From Nemertoderma westbladi (lineage: Eukaryota > Animalia > Xenacoelomorpha), in assembly GCA_032718475.1 (NCBI GenBank), contig JAUCBJ010002722.1, positions 62,001 to 126,000 of the forward strand: a stretch of 64,000 nucleotides of DNA, read 5' to 3'. This document shows positions 1-13,862 of the stretch, one piece after another (position 1 is the first letter of the stretch; every line of letters begins with the position of its first letter). The notes beneath the pieces were generated by a model that saw nothing but the letters and a program-made list of their open reading frames with translations, did no database searches and was not told where the DNA came from. Position numbers and translations under genes: made by a program.

Positions 1-11
1 ATACAGCGGTT

Positions 12-302
12 ATGCCTACAGATGCTATGCTACTGGCGGCTCGAAATAATATCTCACTTAATAACTATTCTAGAAACCTGGCAGAAGTATTAAGAGTCAA
101 TCGAAAAAGGGCCATCGACAATTTAACTATCAGTAAAGAGAGACAAGCAAGGTCGTATAGCCAGCATAACAAAACAACATTGCCAGAATACGGAGTTGGA
201 GATTACGTCCTTATAGAAAGAAAAAAATATCCTGCCAGATTATTACGCAAATTGTGTACGAAATATAGCAAACCATATAGAGTAATAGCCAAACTGATTT
301 AG
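12..302 (+). mobile_element. Ty3/Gypsy-like integrase C-terminal fragment
   Basis: ORF with A..N...(S)KERQ..SY...Y.VGDYVL....KL..KY..PY.V pattern typical of the post-catalytic integrase region; truncated by window start. Confidence 0.65.
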
Positions 303-660
303 AACTCCACAGCGTAGGTCACATAGGAAATACGAAGATAGTTCATTCTAATATGGTGAAGTCAGAGAAGTTCAGTGAAAGCCAAGGCCTATTTAATTAT
401 TCGTCAGAGTCAAGTGATCTTCCCGAAACATCAGAATCCATAGATATATGTAGTACGGAGGAGGATAGCCACTCAGGAAGACAGGATCACCTCTATGCAA
501 GCAAAAAAGGCCATGGGCAGGATCACAACTATGCAAAGAAAAAGTAAAGCAAATAATTTAGTAAACTAAATAAGTAAAAACAGAGATGGGGCGAGCCACG
601 AAGTTGGCGGAGCCTTAGCGAATTGACACTGTTAGGGGGTGGGTCAATTTATGCAAATAG

Positions 661-710
661 TTGTCGTCGTCGTTGTCGTCGTCGTCGTCGTTGTCGTCGT
701 CGTCGTCGTT
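661..710 (+). repeat. (GTC/GTT)n microsatellite
   Basis: gtcgtcgtcgtt run directly preceding the satellite. Confidence 0.95.
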
Positions 711-3630
711 ACGATTTTGACATGCTAATAACTTTGTCGGATTTAAAGCTGCCAAGTTGAAAATTTGTAGGTATCAATATGAGCAAAAGTTGAGATTTTT
801 GAGAGACTTTCAGACACCATCAGTGCAATGGTCTCCCGCTAGAGGGCCACATGTCTAAACATTAAATGCCCTCCCATTTCTTTGCTTTTAATCCGTTTAA
901 GCTGAAACTTGGCAGATATGTATTAGACCATTAGCTGTGACTTTCAAAGGAGGCGAATCCATCTGCAGTTCTCCAGTCTGCCGCTAGAGGGCCAAAGGTC
1001 TGAAAGTGAAATCGTTGTCGTCGTTACGATTTTGACATGCTAATAACTTTGTCGGATTTAAAGCTGCCAAGTTGAAAATTTGTAGGTATCAATATGAGCT
1101 AAAGTTGAGATTTTTGAGAGACTTTCAGACACCATCAGTGCAATGGTCTCCCGCTAGAGGGCCACATGTCTAAACATTAAATGCCCTCCCATTTCTTTGC
1201 TTTTAATCCGTTTAAGCTGAAACTTGGCAGATATGTATTAGACCATTAGCTGTGACTTTCAAAGGAGGCGAATCCATCTGCAGTTCTCCAGTCTGCCGCT
1301 AGAGGGCCAAAGGTCTGAAAGTGAAATCGTTGTCGTCGTTACGATTTTGACATGCTAATAACTTTGTCGGATTTAAAGCTGCCAAGTTGAAAATTTGTAG
1401 GTATCAATATGAGCTAAAGTTGAGATTTTTGAGAGACTTTCAGACACCATCAGTGCAATGGTCTCCCGCTAGAGGGCCACATGTCTAAACATTAAATGCC
1501 CTCCCATTTCTTTGCTTTTAATCCGTTTAAGCTGAAACTTGGCAGATATGTATTAGACCATTAGCTGTGACTTTCAAAGGAGGCGAATCCATCTGCAGTT
1601 CTCCAGTCTGCCGCTAGAGGGCCAAAGGTCTGAAAGTGAAATCGTTGTCGTCGTTACGATTTTGACATGCTAATAACTTTGTCGGATTTAAAGCTGCCAA
1701 GTTGAAAATTTGTAGGTATCAATATGAGCAAAAGTTGAGATTTTTGAGAGACTTTCAGATACCATCAGTGCAATGGTCTCCCGCTAGAGGGCCACATGTC
1801 TAAACATTAAATGCCCTCCCATTTCTTTGCTTTTAATCCGTTTAAGCTGAAACTTGACAGATATGTATTAGACCATTAGCTGTGACTTTCAAAGGAGGCG
1901 AATCCATCTGCAGTTCTCCAGTCTGCCGCTAGAGGGCCAAAGGTCTGAAAGTGAAATCGTCAAAAAAAAGTAAAAAAAGTAAATTTTCTTCGGCCACTAG
2001 GCCAGGGATTACGCACAAAGTCTGCCGACTTATTTCCAGTGCGGTCCCCCCAGAACTTTACTCCCCAGAGGAAACTCTAGTACTCATTTAGCCACCACTT
2101 AAGGATGCAAGGCAGAGATGCGCCCTGGCTGGTCCCTTTAAAGCATTCGTGCCGAAACGAAAACTGCCCTGGCCCATGTGAGGATCGAACCCACGACCTA
2201 CAGGAGATGTGAATTCAATGCAACCACTACACCAAGGTGGAACCTAACACCTACACCATCGTTGTCGTCGTTACGATTTTGACATGCTAATAACTTTGTC
2301 GGATTTAAAGCTGCCAAGTTGAAAATTTGTAGGTATCAATATGAGCAAAAGTTGAGATTTTTGAGAGACTTTCAGACACCATCAGTGCAATGGTCTCCCG
2401 CTAGAGGGCCACATGTCTAAACATTAAATGCCCTCCCATTTCTTTGCTTTTAATCCGTTTAAGCTGAAACTTGGCAGATATGTATTAGACCATTAGCTGT
2501 GACTTTCAAAGGAGGCGAATCCATCTGCAGTTCTCCAGTCTGCCGCTAGAGGGCCAAAGGTCTGAAAGTGAAATCATTGTCGTCGTTACGATTTTGACAT
2601 GCTAATAACTTTGTCGGATTTAAAGCTGCCAAGTTGAAAATTTGTAGGTATCAATATGAGCAAAAGTTGAGATTTTTGAGAGACTTTCAGATACCATCAG
2701 TGCAATGGTCTCCCGCTAGAGGGCCACATGTCTAAACATTAAATGCCCTCCCATTTCTTTGCTTTTAATCCGTTTAAGCTGAAACTTGGCAGATATGTAT
2801 TAGACCATTAGCTGTGACTTTCAAAGGAGGCGAATCCATCTGCAGTTCTCCAGTCTGCCGCTAGAGGGCCAAAGGTCTGAAAGTGAAATCGTTGTCGTCG
2901 TTACGATTTTGACATGCTAATAACTTTGTCGGATTTAAAGCTGCCAAGTTGAAAATTTGTAGGTATCAATATGAGCTAAAGTTGAGATTTTTGAGAGACT
3001 TTCAGACACCATCAGTGCAATGGTCTCCCGCTAGAGGGCCACATGTCTAAACATTAAATGCCCTCCCATTTCTTTGCTTTTAATCCGTTTAAGCTGAAAC
3101 TTGGCAGATATGTATTAGACCATTAGCTGTGACTTTCAAAGGAGGCAAATCCATCTGCAGTTCTCCAGTCTGCCGCTAGAGGGCCAAATGTCTGAAAGTG
3201 AAATCGTTGTCGTCGTTATGATATTGACATGCTTATAACTTTGTCGAATTTAAAGCTGCCAAGTTGAAAATTTGTTTTGTTGAAAATCAGTTCAACAGTC
3301 ACCCGCTATAGGACTACTTTATGCCAGAAAGTGAATAGATTCTCCCGTCTCATTGATTTTAATCAGTTTAAGCTGAATCTTGCCATATATTGTGGACCAC
3401 ATGCTGCGTCTTTGTGGGGGGGGGGGGGGGGGGAGATTTAATCGGTCTGCCGCTATATGACGAAATTTCTGAAAGTGAGATCCGTCTCTCATTTCGTTAT
3501 CCGTTATTCAAGATGAAACTTGGCCGATGTACGTATGTACTATTCATCCATAGGCTGTGTCTTTGTGGGGCTGGAGACCCTAATCCATCTTCAGTTCTCA
3601 CTATACCGCTAGAGTCAGAAATGTCTGAAT
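700..3630 (+). repeat. 315-bp tandem satellite (7 near-identical monomers plus degenerate end copies), interrupted by a SINE
   Basis: acgattttgacatg recurs at 711, 1026, 1341, 1656 and then 2273, 2588, 2903; diverged unit(s) from about 3218. Confidence 0.95.
1962..2243 (-). mobile_element. tRNA-derived SINE, full length
   Basis: Minus strand gttccaccTTGGTGTAGTGG (A box) ... GGTTCGATCC (B box), tail tttactttttttac; near-identical copy at 59631-59930. Confidence 0.9.
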
Positions 3631-3725
3631 AGAAATGAAAGAGGTAAAAAGTGATTAGGCGAAATCTGCTTAAAATTTGCTAATACAGTAATACTTTCGA
3701 ATTAGTACTTAAATTAAATTTAAGT

Positions 3726-3884
3726 CACGTGCTGCGCGAAGGCCCCACTTCGTGTTATATGATGTGCGGTAAATGCATGAACTGCTTGCTATTATAGCTT
3801 GATCTTAAAACTTATCTGTGTGTAACATTCGTATATTTCCTATATACAGTAGAACACGTTCGTGGGGCCTTCGCGCAGGACGAG
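3726..3884. mobile_element. Short MITE-like inverted repeat element
   Basis: cgtgctgcgcgaaggccccac ... gtggggccttcgcgcaggacg, about 20-bp inverted termini. Confidence 0.5.
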
Positions 3885-4019
3885 GCCCAGTTATGAGATA
3901 CAAATTAAAATTGAGCGACTGTATCACAAAATCAGTATTTGAGAAATTTAACCATACCGACAATCAATCAAAGAAAGGGGGACAGTACTTGCCTATAAAC
4001 ACTATAAATTATAGTTGGC

Positions 4020-5192
4020 TATAAACGACACTTAGGCACGGAATTATGTGTGTATTCAATTAAAGAACTCATTAACTACTATTTACGTAATGGTTCTAAT
4101 GTATACATATCATTCTTAGATGCCTCAAAGGCATTCGATACTGTATCGTATTCTAAATTATTTGATAAACTTTTTGATAGATGTGTGTGTACCACCATAT
4201 ATTTTGAGAATTATTTGTTTTTGGTACGTGAATCAAACTGTTAGGGTTCTATGGGATGGATACCTATCTGCTCCATTTAACTGCACAAATGGTGTAAGAC
4301 AAGATGGAATTCTGAGCCCCTATTTCTTGAATGTATACACCAATAATCTTAGTACGCGGCTAACTAATACTGGTATAGGATCTAGACTTCATCACGTCTG
4401 CATCAATCACTTATTTTATGCCGACGATATTTGCCTTATTTCGACATCACCTACTGCTCTGCAAAAATTAATTAATCTGTGTGCATCCTATGCCAATTGC
4501 AATAATCTAACTTTCAATACGAAAAAATCTAAGTGTGTTTACTTTCATTGTAGTACTCGCAATTTTGTTTCTAGTGTACAAATTAAGTTTAATAATGTTG
4601 CTCTAGAAATAGTTAAGAAATATAAATATTTAGGCCATTATATTAGTAGTGACTTTGCTGATGACATCGATATCCGTAAACAGATCAGATGTTTTTATGC
4701 TCGCGCTAACTCACTTCTTGGGAATTTCAGTATGTGCAGTCACAGTGTAAAGAAACAGCTGTTTATCAGCTTTTGCAGTGGAATTTACTGTAATTCCTTA
4801 TGGGCTGACACATATTTTTCTAAATCAACTCTTGATCGACTTAGAGTGGCATATAATACCACAGTGCGTCGTTTATTTGGTTTTAAATACGATAATAGCT
4901 ATAGTGCGAGTAATATGCTAGTTAGTCTGGGTATTAATGGATTTCATCATATACGTAGATTTTCAATCATTAACTTATTTAGAAGGATTGATATGTCAAA
5001 CAATGATATTCTTGTGTATATCCGTCATTCTAGAACTGATTATTTTTCCTAGTCTATTACAGTGCAAATTAAGTATATAATAATAACAATATCGTTGTGC
5101 TAATTATTACTGGTCGTATGTATTTTAATATTAATGTATATTTTATGGAATTAATTTTCTGGAATAAAGAATAAATAAAATAAATAAATAAA
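4020..5192 (+). mobile_element. 5'-truncated non-LTR retrotransposon (LINE) RT with frameshift
   Basis: FLDASKAFD, GVRQ(D)GILSP, LFYADD, YKYLG motifs over two frames; (aaat)n 3' tail at about 5163-5192. Confidence 0.9.
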
Positions 5193-5312
5193 AGTACGTG
5201 TTCAGCCCTTTTAATCTTGTTGGGTAGATACAATTAATTAAATCAAAATAAATACAAATAAATAAATACAAATAAATAAACGGGAAGAGGTGTCACTTAA
5301 TGACACCCTTTG

Positions 5313-5565
5313 CATGGCTCGGTGACAGTTAGACCCAACTGACACCCATTGAGTGTCAGGGCGCTAATCGGTCTAATTAATTAGGATAATCAATCATACC
5401 TTAATGAGGAGTCATAAGGCACCTATTAGAGTTTAATTGTACTAATTAATTGATGATACCTGTTAATTATGGTCTAATTAGCCTAATTAACAGGTGTCAC
5501 CCAGTCACTCTGGTGCCAATGACACCCAATGGGTGTCAGTTGGGTCTAACAGTCACCGAGTCGTG
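5313..5565. mobile_element. MITE with about 45-bp terminal inverted repeats
   Basis: ctcggtgacagttagacccaactgacacccattg ... caatgggtgtcagttgggtctaacagtcaccgag. Confidence 0.8.
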
Positions 5566-7031
5566 TAAACTATTACTACTACCGTTACCATATACCATGT
5601 TATGTTTACCACATCTGTATGTGCATCTGGATGTGACATGTACAGTAGAATTACAAGCCGTGAATACGTGTCATTGCACACATCTACACAAAATACTGCA
5701 ATCTATGCACCTGCTATCGGCACTGTTACATTATGGGAAGAAAGTAATCTTAATTTAGCGACATTGCAAACGTAACTAAATTTAAATTGTAGCAAATTAC
5801 CATACAAAATTAAATATTTATTTTCACCTCAGTGTCAGCGTTTTTGTTTATAAATTATTTTATTTTGGCCATCCAATTTCGGTCCAGTTCTGTCCAGATT
5901 CTGGCATTACTGTATCCCGGCGGTCGTCTTTGCAGGTTAGCCCCGAGTTTTGGAGATTAGATGGTACTGGGGTACTGGGGACAATCTCTCAATATTTATA
6001 TTATACTAAAGGAAAGCAATTATATTAATACGTTCTGCGTTCATAAGTTATTAGGAAATTTGCAAAATCATTAGTTAAAAATATAAATCAATATCTATCA
6101 CTTGCAGTCTTATGCAGGAGATGTTCAAACCAAATATAGCGAATATATACAGAATGGAGCGGCATGTGCGATTTTGTTAAATTATCTAAACTAAAAAGAC
6201 AAAAGTTTTGAAAAAACAATAAGCTATTAAAAATTAGATCTTCAAACAAGTCTTTTAACCTTAAATGTCATTAATTTAAATATACGTTTATTTTAAATTT
6301 TAATATTATATGGAATTAAGGAAATAAATTAACGCATGTATTACTGCATTTATTATTAAAATGTGTTAAACACTCCCGCTGTGAGCCTGATGCAACACCA
6401 ACAAAGAATCATAATTATTTCCCACAATCATTCTAATGTAAACCTACTATTTCAATGGCTCTGTATTAATTGATTAAAATATCACATATTTAGCAACGGT
6501 AGCTCTCTAAACATAATATATAAACATAATGTTATAGGCCTATATTATAATTGACAGCGACAATGACAATAAAAACGACAATGGCAAGGACAACGACAAT
6601 GTCAGCGACAGATGGTCCACAAATTATACCACATTGCAAAGGCTCACATAGAGGTCGTGGCTCGCCCCACTTAGTAACAACAATATCATGAACAAGAACA
6701 ATAAGGTCTAAAATGTAAACAAGTGGTCTATGAATATAAAATAATATATAAATAAACCTCCACAAGGAAATGTAGGTAATATAAACATTTGCAATACGTA
6801 CCAAGTAAAGGTCAACTAAAGCCTTGTAGTGATTAACGTAATATTATTCTTGTGAATACTGTATATGCCTGGTAAAATATCAGTGGTTTATTTGAATAGG
6901 AATATTCAGCTGTTTGTTTACATTATGTGTAAATGGTAATAAGAATGAGGGAGTGGGAGAAGATTTTATTATATATTAATTAGTGAGTTGAGTAGTAAGC
7001 ATGGCCTACTTTATAAGAGGCCATGACAATG

Positions 7032-8777
7032 CACGGGCAAATAGCTGACTTGGAGGCCACTTTGTTTATGAGTGTAAGTCGGAATATATGGTAGATACAA
7101 ACTTCTAATCTTTACCTACCCCCACTAAGTCGATGCTGAGGATCTCAAATATCATATTTAAAATTGTTTATCTCGAGACCCTGTTGCTATGGCAACATTT
7201 AATCAGTGGATACCGGTTGACCGGTATTTGTCTGTCTGTATAGCATGTAGCCTATATCTGTATATGCCTAGTTTCTAGTGGGGCGGCCTACTTCATGTGT
7301 ACTTCTGTATTCTGTTTTCTTCCAAATGTATAGCATATAGTACTTATCCTTTATTGGTGTCCATGGCCCCTTATGACTTAATACTCCTTGCTTAATACAT
7401 ATTGTTGTTTGTGATACCGGTACCTCGTTTTATTATGTTTGACAGTTGATGTGGTAGGCCTAGCCTATTAATTCGGTAATTACCATCTGAGATCTGACCG
7501 TGACCGACAGATTGAACAGTTGAAGCAGTAATCATCGCCTCGGAGTCCTTACTTACCTGCATTCAGTATTTACATGCGGTTTTCTAGTTGCATTGCATGC
7601 GATGCCTAGAAAGTGCTGCGTTCCACTTTGTTGCTCCAACTATGCAAATGAATAACTGGTAACCGTTTATCGAGTTCCTAGTGAAGAGCCGTACCATTCT
7701 CAATGGATGAGCGTTCTATTGAAAGTTCGCCAAAATTTAATTAGTCTCCAAGCACACAGTTGTGTGTGAAATGCATTGGCCAGAGGGGTTTTCCCAACGT
7801 AGGGCTTTTCGCTCACAGAAATTAATTCCTGTTGAACCCCCCTCAATATGGCCTCAGATTTCTCCAAGTTGCTGTCCCATATCTCAGCCAAAACTGCGCG
7901 ATGTATCTAAAATTTCTTTTGGTACACGCCAAATACAACCTGATCAGCTCGGCGAGTTTAATGCACAAGATTTGTTCGAATACAAAGACGTTGTTGGTGC
8001 GATAAGAGATAAAAAAATTATCAAGGACAATGTTATTGTTTACACTGCTATTGCAATAGTATCTTCAGGTTCTTCTGTTCCGGTGACGATAATTCAAAGT
8101 GCTGAATTTGTGTTTGGTTCAGGAATTCCGAAGTTTGTTCTTAAGATCTTTAAGAATCTAACTTTTGAGTCTTACAGATATGGTGCCAAAATATCGGTTC
8201 CCTTTTGCGTTATAAACTCCATGCGTATAAAAGTGATTGATCGCTGGTCAATATTAGATAATGTGGTTAATTTTCTTTCAAATCAAACGAAACTCCTTAC
8301 ACCATTGTCTTCGAAGGAATCTTCTACTAAGAAACTAAAGTTGTCACTATAGTTCTTATTTTTCTACTTATTTGATTTACTTTTACTGTAACTTATATGC
8401 AACTTATATATTTGATTTAAGTATTATTTTCATTTTTTTAATGGAAGTTCAACCAGATACTGATCAACCGGTATCCACTGATTAGATGTTGCCATAGCAA
8501 CAGGGCCTCGAGATAAACAATTTTAAATATGATATTTGAGATCCTCAGCATCGACTTAGTGGGGGTAGGTAAAGGTTAGAAGTTTATATCTGCAGCCGTT
8601 TAGAAGTTAGATGTTGCCATAGCAACAGGGTCTCGAGATAAACAATTTTAAATATGATATTTGAGATCCTCAGCATCGACTTAGTGGGGGTAGGTAAAGG
8701 TTAGAAGTTTGTATCTACCATATATTCCGACTTACACCCATAAACAAAGTGGCCTCCAAGTCAGCTATTTGCCCATG
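7032..8777 (+). mobile_element. Internally deleted THAP-domain (P-element-like) DNA transposon with about 190-bp TIRs
   Basis: Left CACGGGCAAATAGCTGACTTGG matches right CCAAGTCAGCTATTTGCCCATG; right TIR partly duplicated; disrupted THAP domain from 7602 (MPRKCCVPLC..., W, VCEMHW, PPSIW). Confidence 0.8.
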
Positions 8778-8846
8778 CGTTATAACTAAATAACACGACG
8801 TACTTTTTTTAATAAATACTGGATGCAAACATATTAACAAAAAACA

Positions 8847-11800
8847 CTATTTCAAATTAAAATCAGAGAAGTTGACGTCAAATTTGTACACACCTCGTCG
8901 TGAAGGAGGTGGAGTAGGTAGTAGACCTGAAATTGATTTGTAATTCACAGTATACTCATCCAGAACGGCTGGGTAAGTGAAACCAATTTCCCCATGAAAT
9001 GTGATATGTTTTCGCAGAAATCGCAAGGTGAAGTCCTGAGAATCTACTTTATCCTCTGCAGATACAATATTGCCAACACAATAGAATTTTCGGCCATGCT
9101 CCGGCTGAAATTCGACCAAAGCAAATCTTCCTGAAACAATTTCCTTCAGGAAAGGATATCTCAGAACGTTTGGAATCTCAGGACTCCAAATAACAGTTTC
9201 ATCAAATTCGACCACAGTTTCATTACATTCATTATCATCAATATAGTTAACATCCACCTCACCATTAACTAAAATCGATTTGATGGCGATCGGTTTCTCA
9301 TTATTACCACCAACAACAGAGCTGTATAGTGGCTAAACTGATAAAACTTAATCTCACTTGGTGCGAAAACAACCTCATTACTAACATCACAACCCTCATT
9401 ACTAAGAACAGCTAAGAACTTGTCATGTTCTGTATAGTTGGATACTACAACATACGATTTAACTTTGAGTTTATTATTTTCCTCCACTAGTCTCTTCGGT
9501 CTTGAAACTTCTCGCATAACAGACTGCCGTGAATATACAAAAGGACTCGTGACCAAAGTAAGCAGCCTGTGTCTCGTGACGTTGTTTATTCTCGTAATTT
9601 CGAGAAAAGTCTACAGACATTATGAGCTCCGAATTACCCAAATTCTGTTTCAATATCTTCAGTTCTAAGTGCTCCTTCTGAACGCATAAATATGTTCATG
9701 ATATCTCACTATTTTTAGTTTTAATAGTTCAGCAAAGTCCTCACCACTTAGACTAATTTGAATTTTTTTTTGTAGTCGCCTTTCACCCACCTTGACAGAT
9801 TTCCACTGATCATCAGTGGAAATCTGTCAAGGTGGGTAAAAGGCAACTACAAAAAAAAATTCAAATTAGTCTAAGTGGTGAGGACTTTGCTGAACTATTA
9901 AAACTAATATCTATTAAAACTAATTGCATCAGTCTGATGGAACAATAATGTTTCTCTTTCTTTTCCAATCTTCAGAAGCTCAGCTTCAATAGCGCGCAGA
10001 CCTGGGCATTCAATGACAGTGGTATCCCATAAGCATGGGTGAAGTAAATCTAGTAAATTCTCAGCGCTACCAGAACCAGGAAGTTTTGTATGCTTGAGCA
10101 TTAATTCGAGATTTTCGCACAGGTCGCATCTGCAATCATCTTCCGGAAAATGTTTGTTTAAAAATAGGTCCTTTGATTCAAAAACAACTTTCTGAAAATC
10201 ATAATAAGTAGCTTTCTCTGAGGGATTTTCAGATAAATACATCGGTACCGTTTTGGAATAAATTGACTGGAACCATTTTTCTTACCAATGTAAATAGTGT
10301 CTTTCCAGCCAGGAGTACAATAAGAAATATCTGGTTGATGAATAAATTCAAGAATACGTGCTCTTCTATCTAAGTTTATTGGCCTGCCTGGAATAATTCT
10401 ATTAATAACCTTCTTTTTGCTGATTGAAGAAAGCGATTCTATCAAGTTGCCAATAACAGCTTTTCGTTTGACTTTATTGTGACTCAATGCTGTCCTCACT
10501 CGATTTACTGACCGACTAAGAGATTGACGATTAACAAAAGGTTGATTGGGAGTCTCATTACAATTATTCTTTGAATTGGCCTTAGCAGACTGCTGTCTAT
10601 CTCGGTCATTTTGAAGATACTTTTTATACTCTACTGAAGACGATTCTTTAATCCTTTTTCTAACACAATGCATTCGGTCGGCATTTTTTTGCGGTATTCA
10701 TTTCCCAGTCCTTGAGAATTATACGGTTTCTATAATCCTTTTGTTTCTCCGCATTACTTCTAGCCATATCTTAAAATAACCGGCTGACCGGTACAGTAAT
10801 ATTATATAATTAAATATCGGTTGATATAGGTCAGTAGGTAGGTCTGTAGGTTACCAGTACCAGCTGAGAGGCCAGTGTGGAATTGCTTCACTAAAGTTGG
10901 TAGATATATCGGGTAGGCCTACCGGTACCGTACAGAATGATTCCGCGGCGCAGCAGTGCATATTATTACACCGTGTAGCGTATATTATCACACGGGGTAA
11001 TGTGCAATTTTTGGTACTAACACTTCAATGTTGTTAAACTCGCAGGTTACAAGAGTGGCGGCATCAACCCTTATTAAAACTGTCATGTAACCTAACTAAG
11101 TCATAATCTAACCCAACTCTGACCAACTAACCCTAACCAAAATAACAAACGAAATATCCCACAATGTAAGTAGTAACCTACACACTGGAAGCTGGCTGGC
11201 AGGCAGTCAAGTTACAGTATAAATACTAGTGGTAGCTGAAACCTAAAGTTAAACCTTTAGTACCTAAAATTGCACTGTTACCTCATGTGGTGCAGCGTAC
11301 CTACCACTCTACCAGTACTTCATTACACAACTGAGAATGGTATATCAGTATATGGTAACTTTTTGGTAAATTATAATAAAATAAATATGGTAAATTTGAA
11401 TACATAATACATTACAATAATTTAATACATTACTGCATTATGGGGCATTAGCCTAATCTAATAGTACCAGCTGCCAGCAGACCAGTAGTCAATAATAGTC
11501 ATAATAGTCAGTAGTTACATTTTGTTTTTGTTGGCCTACACTATACTATACTACTTTTGTAGGCCTGTACAACCTGTACCAGTATGAGCGTAGGCCTAGA
11601 TTACCCTAAAAACAGTCCTTTGGTCCCAGTTGGATAGGCTGGCCTGCAGATATTAAGTAGCTTTTCTAACTAATTGTCAGTGTACCGGTATAGACTGGAC
11701 CTAATACAGTGTACAGTGTATAATAAAAAGGCTAGGCTTGAATGTTGTAAGAGTCGACTTACTCTACATACACAACACAATCATGTCATACTGTATGTCA

Positions 11801-12120
11801 TACCAGTACAATATTACATTGGTCATCATTCCTCATTTACATCCAAGAGGGTCGAAAGAAATTTAATAGTAACGCACGGAACTGATAATATGTAAGTATG
11901 TAACGCACGGAACTGACAATATGTAACGCATGGAATAACTTTGACGTCCAAATTCGGTACAAAGAAACCCGAAAATGATAACACAAACAAATAGGGATGG
12001 ATCAAAATGCTCAAAACCCGAACTTTTAAAAGTTTGAAGTCACTAATCCAATTGGAAGAATCAAAAAAACAAAACTTTTGTACAAAAAAAGTAACGCACG
12101 GAAAGTAACGCACAGAATCG
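8847..12120 (-). mobile_element. Decayed DNA transposon (Sola2-like transposase fragments, tentative) with subterminal gtaacgcacggaa repeats
   Basis: Frameshifted ORFs with F..QPDISY.TPG.KD...KRY and C.C..CEN motifs; about 5 copies of gtaacgcacgga at 11869-12113; superfamily assignment from memory only. Confidence 0.5.
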
Positions 12121-12559
12121 CACAGGGGGTGCTAGAACTCCTATTTCTAACGGGATACACAAGGAATGGATAGTGCAGATCGATTCCTTACCACTCAAAA
12201 CATGGGGTTTCAAAAAAACCGCACACAAAAAGGATGATTAATGAGCATTTTAATGGAAGTTAATTTTGAAGTTAATTTTTGTGGCATGTTGCACAACACA
12301 TTTTTAAAGTTTATCAAATTTATAGAAGGATCCAATAACGTTAGTTTAAACGCAACAAAATATGTGATTAAATATATGCTTTACACAATAGCACAAAAAA
12401 AATCGGAAAATTGAAACATTTTTTTGAAGTGAAAAATGTTACACCTTTTCAATAATGCCCAAAATTGTTTATTAAATTATATAAAATATATTCATTCATT
12501 TTTTACATTAAATACTATATATATTTGTGTTGTGTAATTAAATATGGAAGATCCCACGT

Positions 12560-13862
12560 TCAAAGATGACACCATAGCCTCTCCATAAGAAAGGAGACCT
12601 CGGTGTACCAACAAACTATCGTGGGATCTGTCTGCATGTGGTAGCTACTAAAATATACAATAAAATGATTCTATATAGGATTAGGCCTCACATAGAGAAA
12701 CTACTGCATAAGAGCCAAAACGGATTTCGATCAAGTAGATCAACAATAGCTCAGATACTTGCACTATGGAGACTGATTGAAGGAATTAAGTCGAAGAATC
12801 TCCCCGCAGTCATGACTTTTGTGGACTTCAAATGAAATCCTAAGAGCTTATGGAATACCAGAAGTAATTGTTGCTGGCATTGGATTGTCATATTGTGACA
12901 CAGAAGCGCAGGTACTCTTACCAGATGGTGAAACTGAGTTTTTCTCAATCCTGGCTGGGGTACTGCAAGGTGATACATTAGCACCATTACTATTTGTAAT
13001 TGTGCTGGATTACGCAATGAGGACAGCCACAAAGGGTGAAGACCTGGGATTCACACTTCAAGAACGCATAAGTAGTAGATATCCGGCAACTACAGTCACA
13101 GACACCGACTTTGCGGATGACATCGCCCTGCTCTCTAATACGCTAGCAGATGCACAGCTTCTTCTAAATAAAGTGTAGAGGGCTGCTAAGGAGGTTGGAT
13201 TGCATATATAAATGCTAACAAGACCAAATTCATTACTTTTAATGTTAATGGAAACTTGACATCCATTGATAATAATCAACTAAGGAAGGTCGACGACTTC
13301 CAGTACCTTGGATCATGGATAGAGATTAGCAAAAAGTCATAGAAGTTAGGAAAGCAAAGGTATGGGTGGTTCTATCAAAAATGGATACCATCTGGAAATT
13401 AGATCTCTTCAGGCACCTGAAGACGAACTTCCTTCGAGCCACAGTGGAAAGTGTACTTTTATACGGGGGTGAGACCTGGACAATGACAAAATCACTTGAA
13501 CACTGCATTGATGGTTGCTACACAAGACAATTAAGGGCAGCCCTGAACATCAGCTGGAGACAACACATGACAAATGACGAGCGTTATGATACTATACCAC
13601 CTGTATCAACCATCGTGTACGCATATTAAGATTCATTGGGCACTGTTGGAGAAGTAAAGACGAGGTCATACCTGATCTACTTTCCTGGCAACCAACACAT
13701 AGAAAGCGTACCTGTTGACTACCGTCTATAACATATATAGACCAGTTTGAAAGGGATACTGAACTTGAGAGAAATGAAATTGCGACAACTATGGAGAATC
13801 GGGAAGCCTGGATGGATCTTATTTCCACTGTCAAAGTTTGCTCGACCTAGTATTAGTAGTTC
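12560..13862 (+). mobile_element. Decayed RTE-clade LINE fragment
   Basis: KKGD..NYRGI, QNGFR, FVDF, GVLQGDTLAP, FADD, YLGS, LLYG.ETW with stops/frameshifts; (tag)n-like tail. Confidence 0.85.

Noticed and set aside
700-3300. CRISPR-like or coding interpretation of the regular repeats
   Set aside because: Monomers are identical end to end with no unique spacers, no cas genes, and the context is eukaryotic
11088-11140. Telomere-like taaccc motifs
   Set aside because: Few, irregular copies; not a true array
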